DNA from: Phoronis australis
Lineage: Eukaryota > Animalia > Phoronida
DNA: 56,856 nucleotides
Direction of reading: 5' to 3'
NCBI GenBank assembly: GCA_002633005.1
Contig: NMRA01000265.1
Coordinates: 506,942-563,797 of the forward strand
In this document: piece by piece, positions 40,701-53,752 of the stretch
Layout of the letters: each line of letters starts with the position of its first letter
Numbering within the stretch: position 1 is the first letter of the stretch
Program-made: the position numbers and the translations under genes
The notes under the pieces: generated by a model
The model's input: only the letters and a program-made list of their open reading frames with translations
The model's database searches: none
What the model was told of the DNA's origin: nothing

Positions 40701-42928
40701 GATATCATGTATCACCATCGTGCATGGTTACCTGGACATTCGCCCCACTTTTTATCCTGGTCATAATTGGAAGTGGTGGAGCACCACGGGAGCCCATCCT
40801 TGTGGTCCACAGTGATACAGTCGTCTCTCGACACACCTCCGTAGATAAAAGGGAAGACACAGGCGNTGGGTTTTCCAGGAGGTACTATCCCTACTGACTA
40901 GAGGACGCTGCCTCGATGTCCTCCTAGCTGATTTACGAGGGATTACGCTGGAAAGCATTGCGACATCTTTCTAAAAGAGTTCCCAGCAAGGGAGGTATAG
41001 CTTGAGGATATAGACCAAAGCGAAACAAACATCAATGACACGAGAGGTGTACCAACGAGCGCATTTCGGTTTTAACGCACCGGAGAAGTTTCGCTGGCGG
41101 TTCTGTCATGTGTTGCCATCAAATAGCAACGGAGACCCTTTCAAAGAAATCAATTGAAGCAGATATCATGTATCACCATCGTGCATGGTTACCTGGACAT
41201 TCGCCCCACTTTTTATCCTGGTCATAATTGGAAGTGGTGGAGCACCACGGGAGCCCATCCTTGTGGTCCACAGTGATACAGTCGTCTCTCGACACACCTC
41301 CGTAGATAAAAGGGAAGACACAGGCGGCGCCACCGGCATTACCTCCAACAGTACCTATCGAACAGGAAATTGTGTTAGTATAATTATTATTTATGAACTA
41401 AAGACGAAGTCAAACAATAAAATCATTATCGTTCACTGTCTGGAAATAATGTTATACCCTTTTTGCAAATCGCTTTGGATACGTTACTTTCAATTAGTAG
41501 GGAGCTATTTGATTTCTTTGTATGTCCGGTCATTATTTTGAAAAGCAACTCACAGTATTGGTTAATCAGTAGACTACCTATAATGCACATGTACATGGGT
41601 TTAGTGTAGTCGATCGGCCTCTTCCAATGAATGGGTCTCGTCAAATACTTCTTGAATAGAATATACGCCAAATACATTTTGAAGCGGACTAATACACATT
41701 GCACACAATCGAAACTAAAACTGAGAAGTCTTGTAGACAATAAAAATTAATGACAGCGCGAAACTCTTTGGAATGGAAAGCCAAAGTTCACCAAGATAAA
41801 GCCACTATAAACTCACCTTCTATCACAAAAACCTCTTGATTTAGGGCACTTACCGTTGCGACACTGGTCTAAAATTATACCTTGAAACTACATTGTAGAG
41901 GTGACTACGTGGATTCGAAAGAACTGAATGCTTGTTGATTAAAACTAGGATTCTTTGTACACGCAGCACAAATAAATTTGCATGGACTAGAAACTTTAGC
42001 TTTAATCATAACGTACATTATACTCGAATACAAACTAATAAGCACTTATCTTAAGTTTGCACACAAGGTACAAACAATGTAAAAATTCGCGTTCGATTTC
42101 GAGCTTAAGTATTAAAGCCAGGACCCAGGTGTATGTATGTTTCATGATAAGGAACTCCAGGCTCAAGACTGAAAATTTAGTCATACACTCCCATTTCACA
42201 AATGCGGAATGACGTTTCAGCCAAGTTGTTACGAGGATCATCGCAGTCTAGAGATATTTTACGAAACGTGTTCCTGACCAGTAACTAGCAATCCAGTGTA
42301 TTATCCTCTGAGTCTGCATTTTTGAACGAATGAAATTGAATTATTTTCCAGAAATAGACGTGTGGAACGTAAGTTCAAATTTATGACTTTTTAAGTTGTT
42401 TTTCATCAAACAGGCGTCAGGCTCAAGTCAAGTGGGCGTGGTCACGGCGAGTCATTTTAGACGCCACATACGTACAAAGAACTGTCAGCTCTTTGCATCT
42501 CAGTGAGAACCCAACAAGTTGAGACAAATTTTGTAGCGGTAAGTGGTCTGAATAAAAATTCGCTTCTTGAATGGAGCAGGCAGTTTAACCTTTTTACTTC
42601 TCTTCTTCGGCTTTTATTTGATTTTCCTCGCAATACCTCGTTTGCGTGCTACATGTATCAGTTTAATTGCAACCGTCCTGAATACATTCAATATAGCGGC
42701 ACTCATTTCTTAATTATGCTACACCAAAGCATCATACTATCTCGGATGACAGGAGCATTGTTGACTTTTAGCAACAACAAAGGATGGACCTAACCAGTGC
42801 TATCAGATTAATTAAGTATTGTTACCTGGCTTGTAGGGTAAAGGTGTGCATACGGAAGGGTCAAGCTGTGCCTGGTTCAGCGCAGCGAGCGACAATGAAA
42901 TGACAAAACTGAACAGCCACGCGTTCAT
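28556..42928 (-). CDS. Multi-exon type I membrane protein (~834 aa): signal peptide, 2x FN2, 2x ependymin-related/LolA-like domain, SEA-like domain, Pro/Thr stalk, TM, short tail
   Basis: Hand-spliced exons, all GT-AG, phase-compatible, no internal stop: 42928-42826, 41354-41193, 39808-39653, 38068-37856, 37300-37196, 36892-36728, 36346-36201, 35840-35715, 34059-33942, 33636-33476, 33123-33019, 32791-32717, 32182-32059, 31244-31135, 30901-30719, 30111-30018, 29115-28915, 28713-28556 (2505 nt with stop). Ependymin-type motifs appear twice: [16 protein letters not shown] and [40 protein letters not shown]. The 37196/36892 junction was chosen for phase and is the least certain. Confidence 0.85.
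28915..29115 (-). CDS. Pro/Thr-rich mucin-like stalk exon
   Basis: [25 protein letters not shown]...GPAPSGLST; acceptor tttttccag, phase 1-1. Confidence 0.8.
39653..39808 (-). CDS. FN2 domain exon 2
   Basis: [51 protein letters not shown]; 156 nt, phase 1-1. Confidence 0.92.
40406..41326. repeat. 460-bp direct duplication around a single N (40406-40865 / 40867-41326), likely assembly artefact
   Basis: Copies differ by about 5 substitutions and abut the N at 40866; the first copy carries a 5'-truncated FN2 exon with no acceptor. Confidence 0.85.
41193..41354 (-). CDS. FN2 domain exon 1
   Basis: [53 protein letters not shown] matches the FN2 pattern C-x-FPF..C..WC.TT.NYD.D.KWG.C; 162 nt, phase 1-1. 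Confidence 0.92.
42826..42928 (-). CDS. First coding exon, signal peptide ([34 protein letters not shown])
   Basis: Acceptor tttgtttcag just before the ATG, hydrophobic core, phase-1 donor G/gtaac matching the FN2 exon. Confidence 0.75.
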
Positions 42929-45032
42929 TCTGAAACAAAGAGCCTAAAGTGAAATGTAGGATATTTGTTGCTCCAACGTCAAACTGATAATAAATGGCTT
43001 TGGTTCAAGAGTTTAATTAAAACTTTGATGATCTACACTGTAATTGCCTTGCCTTGTTGTATTTATCCAGTACTCTCATCACTGACGGCTCCGTTTTAAT
43101 TTGCTGCACCTAGATTTGGTCTATAAGACGGCTAAAATCAAAACGAAACCAACTTTTGTATGCTTATACATCGTATTTTGATCTTCAATCGCTTATACAA
43201 AATCCCCGAAGCCACGTCGCCTTGCATTCTGTAACAGTGTTAGTGTAAATGTAGCCTGCCTTCCCAGAAACGTGATCCACGCTTATTGTTAGAAAATACA
43301 AAGACATGCTTTTTGTACTTGGATCATGATTAAAGTTCCTGAGATCATTTGAAGAACATTGCTACATGCCAGTTGACCAGCAAGATTTCATATATAGTGA
43401 ACAATTTGGAGATTCTTTTGAGTCACGGAAATATTTTTTACAAATTTGATTTCGGCGGAAGGGAAGCATTTTGACGCGTGAGATTTCCTCTGTATGTTCT
43501 TCTCTATGTTACGCGACTAAATCTCACAATTGGGGTCTGGACAATATGCTCTTCGCTAACATTGCTGAATTGACCATCGACGGCAATTCTGAGTGGCTGA
43601 GGAATTTGCATTGTTCCTATGTTAAAATTTTAATGCCATGCGTATTCTTCCAAACAAAGGATGATAGAAACCAAGTTTGCTGCCTTGCGTTCGGTTGGAA
43701 CAGCTTAAAGGGGCAAAGTTTTCAAAAAATCGCATTTTGGAATTATTTTTGGTGGATTAGAGTTCTCGAAGTTATTTTGACAAGAACTATAAAATATCAC
43801 CATCCTTTTTTGTCCTTTTATTGCAAGTCGGCGATGTCTGCCGAAAATGATGATGACTTTACCAGTTAAACAATCTTAAATACTTCATCTTCAATAAAGT
43901 GGGCGAGCAGGCGTTATGATGGGAAAGCGAAGGTTGGTTTACACGCTGAAATGGATCTCATAAACCCCGTAACGCCGATAAAGCCACTCTAAGCAATCAC
44001 AGCGCGTCAGTGAATTTTTGTGGCCATGCCGCGGGAAACATTTCGATGTACATTGTACGTGAATGTGAATAACATAAGATTTATCCTTGAATTCTCCGTT
44101 TTACTTGTCGAACTCGGGTCCAATAATGTTAAGGCCCAGAGTCTTTGATGGGTTGCCATAACAGTGTCTATGTATTTGTAACTAAAGTTGTAAGATTACG
44201 TGGTGTCACTAGGATTATCACTGCTCATGGTGAAAAACCTTAATTGAGTCCTACCGCCACCCCTTTTGAGCTGCGATCGATCGTTTTTATCACACTCCAC
44301 GCACTCCCGCAGTTGGGGTGTTCTACAGCTGAGCCACTGACGATGTAGTATCATAAAGCGGCAGCTAGAAAAAAGGGGGGGATAGGAGCGCTTCACGAGC
44401 ACTTTAGCAAAATTAATGGTCATGCTGGGAGCACTACCAAGTCAGGTACAGATTACACGTCCGTATATGTACTTTTAGTGTCAGTTCAACTCACATTCGA
44501 CTGAATGGTTTACCACTCTCCATGATGAAATATCGGCATCTGACTGAAACAAATACTCCAGTGTCTTTATACATTTTCCTCACTTCTGGAGTTATGTTTT
44601 TGGAGCCCACTATGTTTCTCGAGCCACCCTTCTAGTCCTTTTAATGGACAGAAAGCGGCGTAAATAGGGGCCGATGAGGTGGACTACACTGGGCAAAGAG
44701 ACTCAAACGACCGCAGGGCGGCACTCAATTGGTAACAATCCAGGGGAGGAGCGCATCAGTGGGGATCGGGGGGGGGGGGTGGTTATTACCCACCGGCTGT
44801 GCTGGGGGTAATTTCATCACTTCATCTAGCAGTCTTCAAGTAAGATAACGGGATGACAACTTTCATTTACTACTTTATTATTCCGAGTGTAGGCTAGTAG
44901 ACCATTGAGTACAACTTTGTTAAAACCAAATAAATTAAGCTATAGTGGGCAGCGGAAGATAGGCTATCTTTCTTGATATAGGGCCAAGTAACGTTGAACT
45001 CGGTTAACAATAACCTACAACAAATGCCCTAC

Positions 45033-45174
45033 CTTAGCGAGTTTTGAAGTATTCTTCAATGGCCTGCACCACTGCACGTATCGTCTTCTTTTTTGGGTGA
45101 AGGCTTTACAACGTGCAATACAGGTTCAATGGGCAATGGAATTTTAACTAGAATAATAGAACACCATATTTATA
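45033..45174 (-). promoter_or_regulatory. Candidate TATA promoter and non-coding first exon of the FN2-ependymin gene
   Basis: TATAAATA on minus at 45174-45167, about 110 nt without ATG, then donor AAG/gtaggg at 45032; the coding exon at 42929 starts with an acceptor, so an upstream exon is required. Confidence 0.45.
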
Positions 45175-47782
45175 GAGCCAAAATTCCCTTGTGTGGTACT
45201 GTACCGTTATGATAAAACCTCGCGACCCAGAACTGACTGTCTTGTTTAATAAGGACGATGGATGATGCGTTATCTTTCGGCGTATTTAGTCGATCGGCCG
45301 AAGTTCATTTCAACAGTTCGACTTTTATCTAAAAATTAATCAAAGATCACGTTACCCTAGTCATGTGAATTAAACAAATATATAGTAACAATAATTTCTG
45401 TTATAACAATTATTCCGGGTTGTCATACGTAATTCCTTTGTGTCAAAACATGCGCCCCCTTAGACTACACGATAGATAGCGGCCGTGTCCATTCCAGAGA
45501 AAACCTATGGAACAGAATATGCATATTGACAGTAAACACATATTTCACACACATGGAATAAAACACAAAATCTATACATGTATGTTACACAACACCTCCC
45601 ATTTTTCTATAATCTTCAAACCTGAAAGCAACCTAATATACATGTAACAGGAAGACATTTAGCAACGATCCCACTCACATTGTCAACCAGGTACAGTGCT
45701 AAGTAAGACGTCGACACGGGCACAGATTTGGAACACGGCAAAAAGCAGTATCATGGCGTTTGTAATAGGCTAGAGTTTTGAGCAGTGAGAGTGAATTACC
45801 GCGCACATCACATCTTGAATTGTTGCCGAATGAGCCGGCTAGGCGTACCCATATTACACGTGATAGGCACAGGCGCCATTTTCGAATCTGCAATTCTAGG
45901 GTTAGTTAACCCCTCTAAAAACAAAGAGTTTTTATTCAGTGATGGTTTAAAAATTCTTGTTGCATAAGGAAAGTTAACCCAATCATGGGACTGAGTTTAT
46001 GAGATTAAATAGTATCATCATTCGTTCGTGCTTTTTCGTTTTTAGCCACCTAAACAGGGTGAAATGCAACAGCGATAACAGGCAATTTATAATACAATGA
46101 AAAAACACACAACCGGGTTTTACTGTCATACAGGTTTGAACAAAACTATTAATTTCAAACAGGCTATTATATTCAACTCAACATTGCGTTTTTTTCGGCC
46201 GTACGAATGACAAGGTCCCTGTCACTTTGAAAACAGAAATATTACCTCCGTAATTTGAGAAATTTCTTTGTTGCGCTGTCAAAATGTTGCTATGGTATAC
46301 TTTGAGTCTCACGTTGTATATCCGTTTAAAGTTACCTGGACAGTACTGTAGAACTACGCTGATTCATGTGTCTGCACGCATGCTTGTACTGCAACTAACG
46401 ATAGTCCGACTCTTTAGAAACGGCGCGTTTCACTTTAACTTGTGCATCGTCAATAGGTGTCGCACAATTCTTGCTGTCGCAAATAGAACACGGGAATCTG
46501 ATCTGAGGTCCTATTGCATGAAGTAGACGATTTACCGCATTAACGATGGCTCCACGGCAATTACACTCTGGTTAAACTCACCGTGGAGTGCTTTGCGATT
46601 TGTTCCATCAGCTTGGCTTTTGAAATTTAATCATTCCTCGTAAAAGATAAGAGTGGCTCCCTATATACATGTAAACCCACAGGTAGAGTCTTTACCCAAA
46701 ATCACAGACTTTTTAGACTTAGCACCTGACTTTGGTTTGGTGAGATGTAGAAAAATCACGCTTTTAAGAATTTCCATGCAGTGTTTCTCTTTTTATGACT
46801 TGTACCTCCAATTTGTAGCAAAACTGGTCACCGCAGTAGACTCATATTTGAATGTATTTTACTACATGTCTAGTTAGCTGATAACAAATGAGTGATACAT
46901 TTTGAAGAAATTTTTAATTAACAGTTTAATGAAACAACCTTCAAAATTCAATTTCAATTTTCTTGTTTTGATTCAGGGTGACAAAAACGGCTATTTTGCA
47001 GGTTTCTATTGAAGCCATTTCCGGTCAACTTTGACACTCTGTAGCAGCCATATTGCAGCTTTCCAAAAACTGAAATTAATCCGAAATTAAAAAAATCTTT
47101 CCTCTTACGATGCATTGCAGTTACTGTACTGCAATCTATCCTATTTGCCTGCTCCTATTTTCCTCAATCACCAATAAGAGGCTCTTGGAACATGTACAGT
47201 AATTACCTTCAATAACACCACGTAAAATGCTTGTATTTCACGGAAAAAGCATACGGTATTACTAATTACCATTCTGTGAAAACTAGTCTTGCTTATTACA
47301 AAAAGTGTCACATGAGTTGTGGCTGGCATGCGTGATTTGTCTAAATGACAGATGGAGTCGTTGTTTGTTTAAGTGAAGACTGGGGACGCTACTATGAGCC
47401 GAATCTGCCTTACTGTGTTGTTATCTTCGTTGTGCAAACAACAGGCATAGAAGGGAGAGGACAAGCAAAGGGGCTATGGCCCTCAGTTCAGTGCCAAAAA
47501 ATCTTCAAATTGGCCAAACTTTGTTGTAATTTTGCGTTCATATTGTAATCTCCCTACAGGTTGCAACAAGTTTTAGTCTTCACCGGTCCCCCGATCACCC
47601 AGTTGTTAAATGTTTCTGATAGTGCGATCATCAACGGTAAAAAAAGCAAATATTCAAGGTCAATTGAAAACAATTCACGAAAGACAATTTTATCAAAAGC
47701 TCAGTTTATGACAGACACCAAGACAATCAAGTTGTACACAAGTAGGCCTAATAATAACGGTGTGAACTTCATAGCAAACATA

Positions 47783-49178
47783 CCGAGCGACTGACTGTGT
47801 AGCAAGGGGGTTCAGGTGTCCCAACGCGTCTGCCGAAAGGGGGAGCCAAACAATTGTAGTCCAGTGGGAGCACCAAGCATCTATTAACTGGAGGTTACAT
47901 AGCTACCAACAGGGGGTGGGGAGCGCCACTTCGACGGGGGCAAGGAGGGACTCGCTACGCCACTGGACACTTGATCTTGTGGCTCTTGAAGTCGAGGGTT
48001 CACTTCGTACAGTAGTTTTACCCATTCTGATGTTGAAAGTGTAGCCTCAGTTCGAACTGCTGTTGAAGGTATAGCTTCAGAATCAACTGATGTTTCAGAT
48101 TCTGCAGGTTCCACTTCCAGTTCCACGGCCACCTAATAATGATAATTACTGCATTCCGTTAATAAGTCAAAAAAATATACCGGTATTTTGTAACAGGCCC
48201 TGAATATTACATTTTGTACTGATTCTAGTGTGTATTGTAGATTTTAATGTCACCACAATTCTGTCTTATTTCATCAAACCTAGCTAACTGGTTCTAACAT
48301 TAATCTTGATGGGCACCACGTTAAATAAAACATTGGAAGCAGGAATGACAGTAGAATCAAGGAGACATTGCAATCGAGGAAACTGAATGACCAGGAAAGG
48401 TCAGAATTGGAAAGGGGCGATTTATTAACATGTTTAGATCAAAACTGTACAAGCTGTAACCAACATCAAAGTTAGATTCGAGAATCACAGCTTAATGGTC
48501 TGATTTAAAACACTAAGTCTGACTGAGCTCTCCATATTTGGTTCAGTTGTGAATACAGCGAACTCTGAACTGAAAGGTCATGAGTTTTAGCAGATTTGGT
48601 GCTGCAACCAGACTTATGTACTAAGTGTTCAACATTTGTTTTTGTAACCTAGGCTATAGTAGTGGGTCTTTGGCTCTGGTAATTTGAGTTGCTAAATCTG
48701 TTTTCATAAATTCTGAGCAACAGCTTTCACATCCGTGGCGAACCTAGATTTAATCATAAAAGTCAACAAAACTTTCTACCTTCTGGTTGACCTAAGCTTC
48801 AAACGACCTCTGTGGCAGAAGTGAGGCCACCCTTCTGCACTAGGAGCCCTAGGCTATACATGTTGCTTCATTTGCTTAGTGGATAGCTTTTGCTTAGTGG
48901 ATAGCCTATGAGCATGGCACTGTACCTGAATAGGTTCGGTTGACTCAGCTGCATGAATGGATATCATCCACAGCTGGGAAATAACCTGTGCTGTACTAAT
49001 GTCTCATTCAAGTAGTTGAAAGTTAGAGACACTCGCACTACAGACATTGCAGCCCAATGAGCCTGCCAAAAAATTCCGTTTTAAATATAGTTGTTTAATT
49101 ATAAAACGTAAACGACCGGATTCAGTCAAGCACGCCTACTAAAATCTGGAGTGTCATCCGGAAGGTAGTGCCATTTTG
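47783..49178 (-). pseudogene. Unidentified decayed spliced coding sequence
   Basis: aaaATGG start context near 49175, donors at ~48925, ~48779 and ~47783, acceptor tattag before the acidic Ser/Pro-rich ORF 48132-47884; in-frame stops; no domain recognised. Confidence 0.25.
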
Positions 49179-50989
49179 GCGAGACGTCTGCGTATTGAAA
49201 CTGAACTGTAATTCAACATTACAACGCCGCCAACTAATCACTTGAATGGCACGAGGGAATCAACGTTAAAGACTCCACTTCCGCTTCATTTTGCTTCAAA
49301 ACTTAACAAGACACATTCTAACACAAATTTGTAAGTAGTTTCTCAATTTTCTAGTCATGCATCAACAAAATAGTCGCTACGGTTGGATGCTTCTGAACTA
49401 GTGAAAATAAACGTCTCGAGTTTACTTGTGAAAAACTCGCCTATTGCTGGTGTAATTATGCACGTCCCACTTGGTTTCACATTTTGAGCGTGAAACTTGC
49501 TGTACGAAACGCACCCTTGTTCATTGTCTCTTCTGCACCCACAATATACGGTGCAAAGTAACTTCCGCAATGAACAGAGAGGAATTCTGTGCGGTTTAGT
49601 CTTTAAATGAACCGAAAAATTGCCCCTTTTACCTTATCAGCACGCAGCTGACCTACGTAAACTGATAAGGTACCAAGTGGGAGACCATCCTGGTAATGAG
49701 TCTGAGTTCACGCGCAGTGAGAAATTATCCATTTGGTAAGTGCTGAAGCTAAAATACTTTGGATAGTGTTGTGGTAGCTTATATGTATAAGGCTAGCAGT
49801 GAATTTTACGTGAAAATTACGTGTAATTATAGTTGCTCCAACGTCGATTTCTTACAATTTTTCAACATACAGTAGCAATTCGGACGTCACATGGACGTGT
49901 CTGACATCTTCAAGGGGAGGGGAAAAGCCACCGGCATGTCGTTTTTGGGCTCTGTACACCAACTTCCCCTTTTGAAATTGTCCTGGGTGCTCCTTTGGCG
50001 ACCGTTTTTGGGCCGTAGATTGATACTTTCCTTAGAAAACTGTGATTGGGCCCTTTTCTTGTAGATTGATGATTCGGTACTGTGCGAATGAGTTGGCCTA
50101 CGTAGAGGGAAAGTGGCTTTAGTAAACACAGATCAACAGTTTTAAACACACATGTATCGGAGAGCCAGTGTAGCATTAAATGGCCCTATGAAAAAGTGAC
50201 CCCACGCTCATTTTTAAAATGATCGTCGTTTTAAGGGAATGTCAACAATTGTCAACCGTGACAGATGGACATATTGCCCTTCAAAACTTATTACCTGTCA
50301 TCAATCCAGCGATTCCTTTAACCAACTACTAAAACAAGTATGGGCCCCATGGAAAGCAGTGCGAACTGATGGGGCTACCCTCATTGTAAATATTACATTA
50401 ATAAATAAATAAATAAGTTGGATTAATTGTCCTCCCTCGTTATTAGCAGCGATTGGGTGAAGAAGCGCGAGAGAGAGGAATGGCGTGCTGGTGTAGGAGC
50501 AGAGCTAGTCTCTTAGCCAGCAAAGAAATATGACAGTGAGACACGAAAAGTGGTGCTGAATTGGGGGGAATTGCGTGTGTAAGAGAAAAATTTTGTACGT
50601 GAGCAGACACCAGCGACACACGGACGAGGACATTTATGTCCCTTGCTCTTAATCTTCAAAAACTTTACTGTTTGTTTATCTGTGATACATACATGTATGC
50701 GTATATTTGGCAATCGTACTTCGACTCAATAGATAAAAAGTCCTATATACTTTTATTACTCAGATTTATCATCCATTAACTTCTTGTTTTATTATCCATC
50801 TACAGTGCTAATTTATTCAGTTGAACCAGAAGTCACATGAGGGCAGTGTTAATACTACACATGCGCTTTTGTTAACGCACGGTTTAGCGCCGAAAACGCT
50901 GGTGTGCCAGAACTCAGTTTAACAATTGCGTACTCGAAACCGTGGACCCGTGTATTCTATAACTGACCTATCGCCAGGCTTAACTGAAC

Positions 50990-52590
50990 AATCAGAACGC
51001 AGCATTTTTGACACACCTTCGTCTGCGTTTCCAAGCCGCCATTTTACTCGACAAACACGTTGTTGTGTAAAACTTCAGTCCATAGCTCAAGAAATTGGGC
51101 GATAAGGATGGAGAAACGGTGTTGACATGGTGTGTGTATTTCCGAAAGCCGTTATGCTGGGCATCTAAGCCGAAAAGTGATGTCGAAAGGAGTAAACGAT
51201 CATGATCAAACTGTGTAAACGGCCACAAGAGCATTTTAACTTGGCACTATTGCTTGATAACTCGGTTACAATAAACACAAATGTATTTGTTCCAAGATGC
51301 GCACTTTTCAGTTTTGTGGCTACAATGTAAGACTATTTCAGATTTTGACTAAGGAGTTTCTGGCCGCATTTGTCTCGGCACCAGCTGGATCTCAGCACTA
51401 TTATAGCGGCAGTCCCCGGAAATTGTATTATTTTTCATTTATTGAGACCTAATGGACATCGTTTTGTATTGTAGTAGAGGTACATTTTTGTTATTCATAT
51501 AACCGTAAGCTGACGTTCAACTGAACTTCACTCCGAAATTGAGAGATTCGATCGGCACAGGGAGGGCACTGGATTACTGAACTCAAAGCCTTACTGGAGC
51601 TGTTGTCACGAAAAAATAAACTGTTGAATTACTTTTTGATGAGAACCTCTAGTATACAATTCGCCTTTAAAGTCAGATAGAGCTCATTTTGAAGTTGTTC
51701 AAACATGATATTTAGATTTATGAAGATTTAAAAAAGAATTTGAGGTATTTTTGTAAGTAGCCATTTTGCCACTACAACAGAATTGTCGTCTTTTGTAACC
51801 ACACCACAGCTTAGTGGTCATGATACGCTCAAAATTTAACTGAAAGCTACTTTTATGCAATGAATCTACAAAAATGTGAAGTTCACCGGAAAGTATGTCT
51901 AACTTAGTAAATGTCTTAATGGTGCAATTACGGCCAATTCCATGCATTAATTGGACTTGGACACAGCCCTCGACCTACCGGAGATAACTGTTTGCCTATG
52001 ACGAGATGAGTGTGTACCTGAGCTATGAATCTGAGTTTTTTAATCAAAATATTTCGTTATAACTTTAGAAAAGCGTTAACAGGGCTATCGACTCAACGTA
52101 CTTTACTCCGGGAGTCCCACCAGTTGTGACCAACTTTTCACTGGTGAAATTTAGCAGACGACAGAATGAAAAATATCGGTGAATCTTCACTGATTTTATT
52201 CGAAAGATCCTGAAATCTGTGGCGTCATACAGATAATACGACTTTAAAGTCACTACATAACTTCCTTTACATGAACATATTGCATCAGTAGCCTTGCCAT
52301 TTGTCGGGTCAAGGTGAACCCCGTGGGGTTCTTCGGATTTTCGCTGGCTCCGAAATACTTTTCCTCGAACACTTACATGTATTTTGTATCGTCACCTTTA
52401 CAAATTCCAACATTGCGAACGTACGATTCTCTGCAGAAAAGCATTGCTTGTTGTCTTTGTCGAAGCGTTTTCGAATAGTGCAAAAACACTCATCGATTCC
52501 ACCAGGAACGTCGTTTAGCGACAGTGCATTTGCCTCAGACATCTTGTTTGTCGGGTGTCACGTGACTTCTCGCAAAGGGACGGATCATCC
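50990..52590. mobile_element. Second ISL2EU/Kolobok-like remnant: THAP (+) convergent with second-ORF start (-)
   Basis: Plus ~51140-51295 reads FPK..KPKSDVERS..IKLCKRPQEHFN..HKCICSK; minus 52542-52310 is homologous at nucleotide level to 26199-26430 (shared gaaaagtatttcggagcc.gcgaaaatccgaa). Confidence 0.55.
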
Positions 52591-53752
52591 GATAGGTCAA
52601 TTCCTGACCACCAAAGTGTGCTGAGTTTCATCAGAGGTTGTAGAAACAAGGGAAGCCAAAATTGCCGTTTCTATTAGATTCACATGAAGTAGCAATGATT
52701 TTGCGTAGAAGCAAAGTTGTGATCTATCATGACAAAATGATAATAACCGCTGCTAGAGTTGAGCATATTTTCAAGATGGGCGAAATTCAGATTTTCACAA
52801 TCTCGTATCTATTGGCATACTAAAGAAAGAAAACATAAAAGCATGTCAGCAAAATACTCAACCTTTTTACTTTCTCCTGGTTTCCTTTACAAGAACTTTG
52901 GACGTTAAAGGATATATTTTAAAATTAAAATAATGTGAGCACTTGTCATATTTTACTTACCGCTAAGTTTTTGTCTTGAATTTTAGTGGGGGTCAGTCTT
53001 TTTGCTCTTGGATGACGTTTTGTGGTTCGATTGTCATCTGTATTAAATGATTTATGAGAAAATTCTGAATTCCCTGCATTTTCATTTTCTATATTTTTTG
53101 GTAAAAATTTGTGAAAAGTCATCATTTACACTTCAACTGTTCCGAGCTTTTCGTCCAGAAACTATATTAATAATAAACACCCAATGTCATCATCACCAGT
53201 GTTATCCCAAACTATTCCACACAGAATTTTATCAGTCAAGCAACATATGTTCAAAAAAAATAACCAATACCACTTTCAAGAACCTTGTTGGCCATTTTGA
53301 CCTCTGAACAGCTGTCAAATATATCTGGAACGTGATTGTTCAATTGCTGCTTCAGACACCTGTCAATAATTTCCATCATTACGCACCCGCGTTGTTGGCT
53401 GAGTATCTCCTTATCAGTGGGCGGGATACAGCCCTGTCGTTCTTAAAGTCAAGCTTCCCACATACCTAGGTCCGTGAAAGCTGCTTGTCTGAACAAGAAT
53501 TTTTAAAAGTCATGCCCAAATTTTAAAGACCACATAAAAATACCATCACCGCTTATAAGCAACATGCACTAAAGTGACAACCAAAATTCAACTCTTACGT
53601 GTTATATATGTAGAATGTCTGTTGCAAGAGATACTTTTAAGAATTTTCCTTATTTGTACTGGCCATTGTTTTAGTACCAAAGAGAATACATTTGATCTTT
53701 CTGATATAGCTAGACGACTGTTATCAACAAGCCACTTACAGTTGTTTTAATG

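Noticed and set aside
43471-43869. 132-aa plus-strand ORF
   Set aside because: Non-ATG start, intronic, no domain, overlaps a TTAA-bounded MITE-like segment
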